Shown piece after piece: positions 12,512 to 20,304 of a stretch of DNA of 64,000 nt. The stretch is from the NCBI GenBank assembly GCA_029860075.1, contig JAOUBX010000011.1:11031-75030 (forward strand), given 5' to 3'. Made by a program: the position numbers and the translations under genes. The DNA comes from Deltaproteobacteria bacterium (GTDB lineage: Bacteria > Desulfobacterota > JADFVX01). The number at the start of each line of letters is the position of its first letter. The first letter of the stretch is position 1. The notes under the pieces are model-generated. The model was not told the DNA's origin. It did no database searches and worked only from the letters and a program-made list of their open reading frames with translations.

Positions 12512-13225
12512 TTATCGTCTATCACCTATAATTCTTAAAAGCATAAGGAAGAGATTTATAAAATCCAGATACAAGGTAAGCGCGCCGCGTATAGCCTCCT
12601 TCGTATCCTCTTCCGTTCCTTCATTACCAAGAATATTCATCTTGAGGATTTTCTGCGTATCATATGCAGTAAGACCCACAAAGACGAGAACTCCCAGGTA
12701 AGTAGTGGCCCAGTAAATGGCAGGGCTTTGCAGAAAAATATTGACTACCGACGCAATAATTATCCCTATAAGACCCATAAAAAAGAAACTGCCCCAGGAT
12801 GTGAGGTCTTTCTTCGTTGTAGCGCCATAGAGAGACATGGCGCCGAAAGTTCCTGCTGAAACAATAAAGGCAGTAGCAATAGAGGACTGCGTATACACCA
12901 TAAAGATGAATGATAAAGTAAGACCATTCAAAATTGAATAACCCCAGAAAACAGCGGCTGCTGTAGAGGCCTTCATCTTCATTACCCAGCCGGCAAGAGC
13001 ACCAACCATAAGAAGTTCAACAATGATAAGTCCGAAAAATACCATCCTGTTTGAAAAAATAAGGCTGTTAATCGCTGAAACATTGGCCGCTGCATAGGCC
13101 ACAACACCTGTAAGGAGCAAACCTCCCGCCATCCAGTTATAGACCCTTAAAAGAAATCTGGCCTGTTCCGACTGTACATCACTGACTGTTTTTGTATCCC
13201 TGTAACTAGTTTCTTGTACTTCCAC
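12512..13225 (-). CDS. Bax inhibitor-1/YccA family membrane protein
   Basis: 237 aa, seven hydrophobic segments, BI-1/TMBIM-like sequence. Confidence 0.7.
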   Translation of the reverse strand: MEVQETSYRDTKTVSDVQSEQARFLLRVYNWMAGGLLLTGVVAYAAANVSAINSLIFSNRMVFFGLIIVELLMVGALAGWVMKMKASTAAAVFWGYSILNGLTLSFIFMVYTQSSIATAFIVSAGTFGAMSLYGATTKKDLTSWGSFFFMGLIGIIIASVVNIFLQSPAIYWATTYLGVLVFVGLTAYDTQKILKMNILGNEGTEEDTKEAIRGALTLYLDFINLFLMLLRIIGDRR

Positions 13226-13456
13226 TTTTAATTCCTCCGATAAAGGTTAATTATTTTTTTACGTTTACGACTTAATATCTCTTTACGAATTATAATAACG
13301 ATAAGATAAAAAGTAAAGATTAACCGGAAAAATATGTCTCTATAATATAAATTCGAATCTGCAAAAAGAGTGAGAAGAAGACGGGATAATTAATCCTGTC
13401 CCCTATATTTGGATTGACTAAATGGGGTAAATTTTATACAATTGCTTACTCTTTTA

Positions 13457-13533
13457 GCCCCCGTAGCTCAGGTGGATAGAGCGCCGGTTTCCTAAACCGT
13501 AGGTCACACGTTCGAGTCGTGTCGGGGGCACCA
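13457..13533 (+). tRNA. tRNA-Arg (anticodon CCT)
   Basis: GCCCCCGTAGCTCAGGTGGATAGAGCGCCGGTTTCCTAAACCGTAGGTCACACGTTCGAGTCGTGTCGGGGGCACCA. Perfect 7-bp acceptor, U8, TTCGAGT T-loop, anticodon loop TTCCTAA, CCA encoded. Confidence 0.85.
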
Positions 13534-13667
13534 TTTAACCTCCTTTAAACCCGGATTTCCCCCTAACAGCACCCATCTCTCTTTTCATCCATATCAACCT
13601 TTTCACAATCTATTAGAAGATGCATTAATTGTCTTTCATCAAAGATAACTGTTTTCTTCTGTGAGAA

Positions 13668-13700
13668 AAAAAGATCCCCTCCTGGGTTAAGAGGGGATTT
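13668..13700 (-). terminator. Candidate terminator for the radical-SAM operon
   Basis: The minus strand reads AAATCCCCTCTTAACCCAGGAGGGGATCTTTTTTT, a hairpin plus U-run about 300 bp downstream of the 13991 ORF end. Confidence 0.5.
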
Positions 13701-13990
13701 AAAATAGGAGAAAGGATTCGTAAGAAGAATCACCTTCGTTTCATTTTATAAAAACAACTACCGTGCCAAATAACGTGCGAACTGAAATAAAGTTGTGAAA
13801 TAAACAACCAAGGCACTAAGTCATTGATTTATTAAATGTTTTTCTTTCTTACTGCAAAAAGTTTTAAAATCAAAGGAACACTATTCATTAATGGTATTAA
13901 TATAACCAGCATAAATGACTGCCAGGCGGTTAATAAGCTACCAATTAACGAAATAATATTTACCATAGGAACATTATTTAACAAGCTGTA

Positions 13991-14176
13991 TTAACGATTA
14001 TTTCTGATGGATCCGACAATAAAAAGAATGATGCCTGAAAATAGAAAAAGTGTTGAAGTTTCAATGAGATGAAGACCACCACGCCAGGAAAGTAATAAAT
14101 TCAAGCTTCCCAGGAAGGTAAGAACAGCGCCAAGGATGCGTGTTTTAACGCCTTTTTTTAATTCAACGTCTTCCAC
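13991..14176 (-). CDS. Small two-TM membrane protein, hypothetical
   Basis: 61 aa, two hydrophobic helices. Its start overlaps the 3' end of the radical SAM gene by 14 bp, suggesting translational coupling. Confidence 0.4.
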   Translation of the reverse strand: MEDVELKKGVKTRILGAVLTFLGSLNLLLSWRGGLHLIETSTLFLFSGIILFIVGSIRNNR

Positions 14177-15389
14177 CGACCTTGCTCCTCATGGCTTCCA
14201 TAATATCAGGAGTAATTACCTGGTAACCTTTGGTTCGCGCATAGCGTTCCAGCCCCTTTTTTACCATCTTGCGTAAAAATATGGGTACTTTTTCGAGACG
14301 TTCCTTTGCTTCCGGCGTCCAGCCAAGTTCTCCCTTATGAGGGAGTGCTATGCCACTTTCGGCCTTGTCCGGTTCATAATCACACCAGGGATCTTCACCC
14401 ATTACATCCCCTGTGGCAGAAAGGGCCCTGGCACGGCAGCCACCGCAAACATCATTGTAGCGGCAATCACCGCATTTTCCATTATATTGAGGGGCCCTCA
14501 TCTGCTTGAATATGGGCGACCTGTCCCAGATTTCCACTAGTGACTCTTTTTTAAGGTTACCACCGGATGTGGTCATATAGGGACATGGTGTCACATCCGC
14601 CTCAGGAGAGATCCTGAAATAACCACTACCGGCAATGCAGCCGCTGGTAGCGCCTTTCATAATGGATGAGTCCGGTGAATTCTGCTGCACTACCCTCAAA
14701 AAATGCGGTGCACAGCGCGCCCTCACCATAGTTTTACCGGCATATTCTTCTTCTGCTTTAGCGAGCCAGGTAAGCATCTTTTCATACTGCGGGGGCGTAA
14801 TGTCCGTCATTTCCTGCCCCCGACCTGTGCAAACAAGAAAAAAGACATTTGCAACTTTGGCCCCTTTTTGAGAGGCAAATTCGATCAATTCGGGGATTTC
14901 ATCATAATTGTTTCGGGTCACGGTAAATTGCAGCTGAAATTCAAGGTCATTTTTTTTCAATAAGTCGATAGCGTCAACCGTCTTTTGCCAACATCCGGGA
15001 CTTCCTCTAAAGTCGTCATGACTTACGGGATTAATAGAATCGAGGCTCAAGCCCACACCCTGAAGACCGGCCAGTTTCATACGAAGAATAACTGCCTCAT
15101 TGAGCAGAGTTCCATTGGTTCCAAGTACGACATTAAGACCCTTATCTGAAGCATACTGTACAATATCAATCAGATCAGGCCTGGCCAGAGGTTCTCCCCC
15201 TGTTAGAATCAGCATGGCGCCGGGACAAAGTTCAGCTATCTCATCGACTATACCAAGAGCCTCAGCGGTCGTTAAATCGCCCTCCCCTCCTTCCAGCTCG
15301 GCAGCATCGAGGTAGCAGTGCTCACATTTCAAATTACAACGCTTGGTCAGGTTCCATGAGATTAAAAAGGGGACTGCGCTTCTGGTCAT
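14163..15389 (-). CDS. Radical SAM/SPASM protein of the AhbC/AhbD/NirJ family with a C-terminal PCP_red-like domain
   Basis: N-terminal ISWNLTKRCNLKCEHCY (CX3CX2C) is typical of AhbD/NirJ haem-modifying radical SAM enzymes. The Cys-rich C-terminal region CGDCRYNDVCGGCRARA is SPASM-like. The last ~50 aa (GWTPEAKERLEKVPIFLRKMVKKGLERYARTKGYQVITPDIMEAM) resemble the BchB C-terminal PCP_red domain. Confidence 0.7.
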   Translation of the reverse strand: MTRSAVPFLISWNLTKRCNLKCEHCYLDAAELEGGEGDLTTAEALGIVDEIAELCPGAMLILTGGEPLARPDLIDIVQYASDKGLNVVLGTNGTLLNEAVILRMKLAGLQGVGLSLDSINPVSHDDFRGSPGCWQKTVDAIDLLKKNDLEFQLQFTVTRNNYDEIPELIEFASQKGAKVANVFFLVCTGRGQEMTDITPPQYEKMLTWLAKAEEEYAGKTMVRARCAPHFLRVVQQNSPDSSIMKGATSGCIAGSGYFRISPEADVTPCPYMTTSGGNLKKESLVEIWDRSPIFKQMRAPQYNGKCGDCRYNDVCGGCRARALSATGDVMGEDPWCDYEPDKAESGIALPHKGELGWTPEAKERLEKVPIFLRKMVKKGLERYARTKGYQVITPDIMEAMRSKVGGRR

Positions 15390-16834
15390 GATAATGTCCT
15401 TTCCGTTGCATGTAGTACAGGGCTTTCCCTTTGACTTTTTTTAAACTTCACATGCTCTGCATCAAATTGACGCCCAATAGTTTCAGCAACCGTCTTTCCC
15501 TGTGAAATACAGGCCCTTACAGAAACACCCTGCAAATAATTACCCGTTACATGGAGTCCGGGAATAAGAGCCAGTTCTTCATCCAGTTTTTTCAGAAACA
15601 TTTGATGCCCCAGGTTATATTGAGGGAGCGCCTTTTTATGGCGAACAACACGAGTCAAAGAGGGGAAACCTTTTACTCCCACAAGCTGGCGTAAATCTTT
15701 AAGGCATCGATCGATGAGTTCCTCATCAGGAAGATCCACCAAATCCTTATTTCTCATCCCCCCCAAATAGGAGGTAAAGAGCACCTCATCACCCTTCGTC
15801 CGTCCCGGAAAAAGGGTTGAAGACCAGAGAGAGCCAAGGCTGGAAAATCCTTTTTCCCTTGCAGGAATCAAACAACCAATACCATCCAGTTTATGTTCTA
15901 CATCTTCTCTTTTGAAAGTGATATAGATTATATTCATTGAGGAATACTCGATACCTTTTAGCATCATGGACAGGTTGACCGATAGTTGATCAACAAGCCC
16001 GGCAGCAATACCGGCAGGAGTGGCCATAACGACGGCATCCCCCTTTATAATTGAGTTCCCGGCAGAACCGGTATGAACATACCATTCTTTACCGACACGC
16101 TCGATTTTTTCAATGGGACAATCGGTAACCAGCTTATCGCCAAGATAATTGCCAAGACCTTTAATGAGACTTTCCATACCGTCTTTAAAGGAAAAGACTT
16201 CAGCGGCACAGGCCGTCCTGATTCCTTTCATCTTCCTTGCAACAACTCCCTTAAGAATACTTCCGTGATCTTGTTCGAGGGCCGCAAATTGTTTAAAAGT
16301 GCTTTTCAGGCAAGCTTTTTCAGCATCACCGGCAAGCGTTCCTGTTACATAGGGTTCAATGGAACGATCAAAAACCTCACGCCCCAGCCGACGGGTAATA
16401 AACTGGGCCACCGTCTCTTCCTGCTCAGGTGCACTTTTAGGAATTAGAGGCTCCACCATGAGCCGCAGCTTTGCCTTTAAACTCCAGAGGTCACTAAAGA
16501 TAAGTTCCCCTATCTTCATGGGAACAACTTTGGGCTTACCATTTTTAACGAGATATCGTCGCTTTGCCGCTTCCTGCCGGGCAATTTTTTCAGGGCCTAA
16601 ACCGAGGGTATTAACCATAAAGTTAACTTCAGGGAGGAAATTAAAAACACAATTGGCCGCATGATCAATTAGAGCGCCACCAACTCTTTCACTCTTGATG
16701 AGCCCCCCGGCTCTGGCATTTCTTTCAAGGACAACAGCATGAAAGCCCTTTTGCTTCAGCCAGAAGGCAGCCGAAAGGCCTGAAATACCTCCACCGATGA
16801 TGATCACTCTTTTTTTGTTAAGATCAACTGCCAT
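15386..16834 (-). CDS. FAD-dependent protoporphyrinogen/coproporphyrinogen oxidase (HemY/CgoX-like)
   Basis: 482 aa, N-terminal VIIIGGGISGLSAAFWL dinucleotide fold, amine-oxidase-like HemY family. Overlaps the downstream radical SAM gene by 4 bp. Confidence 0.75.
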   Translation of the reverse strand: MAVDLNKKRVIIIGGGISGLSAAFWLKQKGFHAVVLERNARAGGLIKSERVGGALIDHAANCVFNFLPEVNFMVNTLGLGPEKIARQEAAKRRYLVKNGKPKVVPMKIGELIFSDLWSLKAKLRLMVEPLIPKSAPEQEETVAQFITRRLGREVFDRSIEPYVTGTLAGDAEKACLKSTFKQFAALEQDHGSILKGVVARKMKGIRTACAAEVFSFKDGMESLIKGLGNYLGDKLVTDCPIEKIERVGKEWYVHTGSAGNSIIKGDAVVMATPAGIAAGLVDQLSVNLSMMLKGIEYSSMNIIYITFKREDVEHKLDGIGCLIPAREKGFSSLGSLWSSTLFPGRTKGDEVLFTSYLGGMRNKDLVDLPDEELIDRCLKDLRQLVGVKGFPSLTRVVRHKKALPQYNLGHQMFLKKLDEELALIPGLHVTGNYLQGVSVRACISQGKTVAETIGRQFDAEHVKFKKSQRESPVLHATERTLS

Positions 16835-16860
16835 AGTTTTTTTGATAGTGCCTCATTTGA

Positions 16861-16962
16861 AGTGCCTAAAGTGAACTAAAGTGAACTAAAGTGCCTGAAA
16901 TGTAATTTCTACTTCTTAAATTTAGGCACTTTAAACTTTAGGCATTTTAGGCACTTTTACCG
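16861..16962. repeat. Palindromic array of AGTGCCTAAAGT-type units
   Basis: Left arm AGTGCCTAAAGTGAACTAAAGTGAACTAAAGTGCCTGAAAT. Right arm AAATTTAGGCACTTTAAACTTTAGGCATTTTAGGCACTTTT. This forms a long imperfect hairpin that overlaps the last codons of the cytochrome gene ending at 16947. Confidence 0.8.
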
Positions 16963-18479
16963 TTCTTCCTCCTGGCAGTGGTAAACCACCAGAACTCGCC
17001 CCCTATAATGACAGCGATCACCAAAAGGGGAATGTAGTAAACATCGGCCCCGGCCGCTGGTTTTAGGAAGAGCCAATACCAGGTTGACATGGTATGTTTG
17101 GAGCCTTTCTCGCTATTGCTGCCATCCCAGGCGGCAAAGGCAATGGGAACAAATCTGCCTGTAGGAATCTGAAGATCAGTCGAACCATCAGCCGTCGTTA
17201 AGGGTCTTTTCATAACAACACGCCATGCCCCCTTTTCATAGTGCGACTTAGCCTCAAGTCCGACTGTTGCGGCATCTCTTTTTTCTATGGCCCCAAAACC
17301 TTTACTATTAAGGAGTTGGATCATCTCGGGCTTTTCCGTAGTGCCACTCTTCCAGTGCCATACATTGACGGGGTTAGAAGCATCGCCCATCCCGAAATAG
17401 GGTTTTTCCATATCACTGGGATCATCGGATATGGCCAGGGGGAGCTGAACCGCCACTCCGTCCTCAAAGAGGTTTTCATCGGCAATATTGGCCGCTACAC
17501 TATCACCGGGAATACTTTTGGTCCTGTCATCCCACTCAAGAAGCATGGAAATTTCCTTATCATTGTAGAATGCCCGGAGTGTAATCGTGTCATTGGATGG
17601 TGTAAAGAAACGATCCTTGGCAATAATTTGAGGAAGCAGATAGAAGGTTGTCGGCTCACTGCTTGCCCATTTTTCATCTGTCGGTGAATGGGGAAGATCC
17701 CCTTCGAGTTTTTCCGCCTTAACTACTGTATTTTCACCTTTAACGACCTTCTCTGTCTTGGCAAGAGAAGCGGCATAATTGGCCACATGCCACCGCTCTT
17801 CGATAGAAAGCTTCTTTTTACTTGCCGGGTCGGCAAAAGAAGGCATCTGCGTGCCATGAATACCCACTGAAATACGGGAATAAATATCCCTGGGGTCATT
17901 GCTGCCCCTGAAAGTCCATGGCTTTGTCAGGTTTCTGGGCCAGGTCCTGAAACCGAGATCATCTTTCAGTTTCTTAATGGCGTTCCCCTTCCCTTCTTCA
18001 CCATGGCATTCGGAGCAGCGGTCAATAAAGAGTTCTTTTCCTTTTTTTATACTATCTTCAGATGATTGAATCTGCTTGCCATAATCAACCTGGTCCGTCG
18101 GTTTTTCCTCTTCATAACCGGCAAAGGTTTTGATATAGGCCACAAGATCCCACATGTCCTGTTCAGAGATAATATCGTCCCAGCCGGGCATTGCCGTTCC
18201 CGGCATACCCTCGGCAATCATTCTATAAATATCTTCATCATTGGGTACGGGATCATCAAAGCCGGTTGTTTTGATCTTGTACATGCCCGAACTAAAGTCC
18301 CTGGGCGGAGGATTGAGCCGTTCAGCGGCAGGACCATCTCCCTCTCCCTCTTCACCATGACACCAGACACAGCGTTTGTTATAGACCTTTGTCCCATTCT
18401 CTACATTGCCCGGTTTGGCTATGGCGTTACAGACCAACAAAGCTGAAATAATTAACGCAATAAGAACATGCTTTTTCAT
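16947..18479 (-). CDS. Dihaem cytochrome c with large C-terminal domain and C-terminal TM anchor (paralogue of 36673..38298)
   Basis: Signal peptide, CVWCH and CSECH motifs, ~300-aa C-terminal domain, terminal hydrophobic helix VYYIPLLVIAVIIGGEFWWF. Confidence 0.8.
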   Translation of the reverse strand: MKKHVLIALIISALLVCNAIAKPGNVENGTKVYNKRCVWCHGEEGEGDGPAAERLNPPPRDFSSGMYKIKTTGFDDPVPNDEDIYRMIAEGMPGTAMPGWDDIISEQDMWDLVAYIKTFAGYEEEKPTDQVDYGKQIQSSEDSIKKGKELFIDRCSECHGEEGKGNAIKKLKDDLGFRTWPRNLTKPWTFRGSNDPRDIYSRISVGIHGTQMPSFADPASKKKLSIEERWHVANYAASLAKTEKVVKGENTVVKAEKLEGDLPHSPTDEKWASSEPTTFYLLPQIIAKDRFFTPSNDTITLRAFYNDKEISMLLEWDDRTKSIPGDSVAANIADENLFEDGVAVQLPLAISDDPSDMEKPYFGMGDASNPVNVWHWKSGTTEKPEMIQLLNSKGFGAIEKRDAATVGLEAKSHYEKGAWRVVMKRPLTTADGSTDLQIPTGRFVPIAFAAWDGSNSEKGSKHTMSTWYWLFLKPAAGADVYYIPLLVIAVIIGGEFWWFTTARRKNGKSA

Positions 18480-18685
18480 AGTTACCGTCCTAAATCATTA
18501 TTGAAGAAAAATTGAAACTACTCATTTAATCCTTACTTCCCCTCTTTAGCAAAGGGGGGCGATGGGGAGATTTGAATAGCTATACCTTACTTAAATCCCC
18601 CTTAATTCCCCTTTACCAAAGGGGGAGAGTCCACATATCTTTCTCAGACTAATCCCATTACAATCTGCGCTTAGTTAATCATTAT

Positions 18686-19456
18686 TTAATGACCCTCTCC
18701 CCATGACCTCGGCGCCTGGCCTGTATAATCATAGAGAAAAAGAATAACCTTCCAAATTTCGTCTTCTGTCAGAAAATCCTCCCAGATGGGCATGGACGAT
18801 ATCCAGGGGGCAGCCTCTTTAGGCAGCCCCGGACCTCCCGTTGCTATTCTCCAAAAAAGAAAAGATTCCTGTAACTGGGCAATGGTCCCTACATCCTGAA
18901 AGTTGATGGGAAGTGGATTGAGTCTCTCCGCATAAGGTCCCCTGCCATCTAGCTTATCTCCATGACAATACTGACAGTTCTGGATATAAACATCTCCACC
19001 TTCCTTGACAAACTCTTTAAACTTTTCGGGATCTTCTTTTTCAAACTTCCTGTAGGGATTTTCAAGGGTCGACAGATCAAAACGCTTTCCAAAGGCTTTT
19101 AAAGTCGATGGTGGCGCAGGATGAATCGTTCTTAGTTCGACGGGGGCTTCAAAACTTGGAAGCATTTTTTGAAAGGTATAGCCTCCTATCAATAAAGGAA
19201 TAAGAGCAAAGACAATATTTCGAACCATCTTTTGTGAAGGGTCCTCAACGAGCGCCTTGATCGGTGCGGCAAGCTCCCTGGTACTCTCTTCCGTCGCCGT
19301 ATAGACCATTAGAACGCCTACGATAACGAAGAACATATACATGGTAAGCAGGCTTGATGGTATGAGCTGGCCAAGAATGACACCAAATATAATCTTGAAT
19401 GCGGCGTATATTCCTACAACAACTAAGACGGCCTGTAATAACTTGGGTATTTTCAT
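18686..19456 (-). CDS. Membrane-anchored monohaem cytochrome c (paralogue of 38380..39369)
   Basis: Two N-terminal TM helices and a single CQYCH motif. Clear similarity to 38380..39369 (shared GGPGLP and PINF motifs). Confidence 0.8.
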   Translation of the reverse strand: MKIPKLLQAVLVVVGIYAAFKIIFGVILGQLIPSSLLTMYMFFVIVGVLMVYTATEESTRELAAPIKALVEDPSQKMVRNIVFALIPLLIGGYTFQKMLPSFEAPVELRTIHPAPPSTLKAFGKRFDLSTLENPYRKFEKEDPEKFKEFVKEGGDVYIQNCQYCHGDKLDGRGPYAERLNPLPINFQDVGTIAQLQESFLFWRIATGGPGLPKEAAPWISSMPIWEDFLTEDEIWKVILFLYDYTGQAPRSWGEGH

Positions 19457-19470
19457 TTCTTAAGCTCTCC

Positions 19471-20280
19471 TTATTTCTGACTTGCCATATACTTAACGAG
19501 AATCTCCAACTCACTTGCAGCCATCTGCTCACCGAGGTCCGGCGGCATCATATCAGGCTCAAAGCCCTTTGCTATGTCGGCATTGGGATCAAGTATGGCC
19601 CTTCTCAGATAATTACTATCAACACTGGCACCTATTTTAGTCAGGTCCGGAGCGATGTCCCCAAGGTGACCTGCAATTTTATGGCACATGCCGCAGCCAA
19701 ATTTTTCAACAATCTCTTCCGGTGTTTTTAAGGCAACACGTACAGTCTCTTCCTCCCCTTCTTCCTCTGCAGGTGCATCAGTGGGGATCTCTACCGTTAC
19801 ATCGACACCGGCCGAATCCTGTAAGTAGGCAATAACGGCTTTTACCTCAGCATCTGAAAGTCCGATGCTCCCTGATGAAACATCGGGCATGGGACTAACC
19901 GTATCATTCGTCCCGGCCTTACCGAATCCGGCTACCACAAAGGCGGAGGGTTTAATGAGAGATTCCATAACATAGGCTTCCGAACTCTTTGCCTCCCCTT
20001 TGTAGCGGGCATCCTTCATCCGCTCTTCAGCAATGGCGGCAACCTTATTTATCATTGGCGCCCGCCCCAGTTCATTATGACAAAGCGTACAGGTTCCCTT
20101 TCCTTTATATATCTTTTCACCAAGTGCAATGAAGGTGTCCATCGTCATGGCACCCAGATCGAGTTTTTCCTCCACCGGCGGCGGAGCAGGCTTGACGTTG
20201 GGAATTCCATAGTTGGCATAGAGCGAAAAAGCTTCTATAGCCAAGACACTGAAGATCACTACCTTTAAAAAAGTCTTCAT
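19471..20280 (-). CDS. Dihaem class-I cytochrome c (paralogue of 39397..40371)
   Basis: Signal peptide, CTLCH and CGMCH motifs. Shares SLIKPSAFVVAGF / EVKAVIAYLQ blocks with the paralogue. Confidence 0.8.
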   Translation of the reverse strand: MKTFLKVVIFSVLAIEAFSLYANYGIPNVKPAPPPVEEKLDLGAMTMDTFIALGEKIYKGKGTCTLCHNELGRAPMINKVAAIAEERMKDARYKGEAKSSEAYVMESLIKPSAFVVAGFGKAGTNDTVSPMPDVSSGSIGLSDAEVKAVIAYLQDSAGVDVTVEIPTDAPAEEEGEEETVRVALKTPEEIVEKFGCGMCHKIAGHLGDIAPDLTKIGASVDSNYLRRAILDPNADIAKGFEPDMMPPDLGEQMAASELEILVKYMASQK

Positions 20281-20304
20281 CTAAATACTCCTTACTTGAA
20301 CGGC

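Noticed and set aside
13991-14176. Leader peptide / RiPP precursor for the radical SAM enzyme
   Set aside because: It lies downstream, not upstream, of the radical SAM gene. It is hydrophobic with two TM helices and lacks a Cys/Ser/Thr-rich core. A small membrane protein is more likely.
16861-16962. CRISPR array
   Set aside because: Units are only 10-13 bp, lack unique spacers and are arranged as a palindrome. No cas genes are present.
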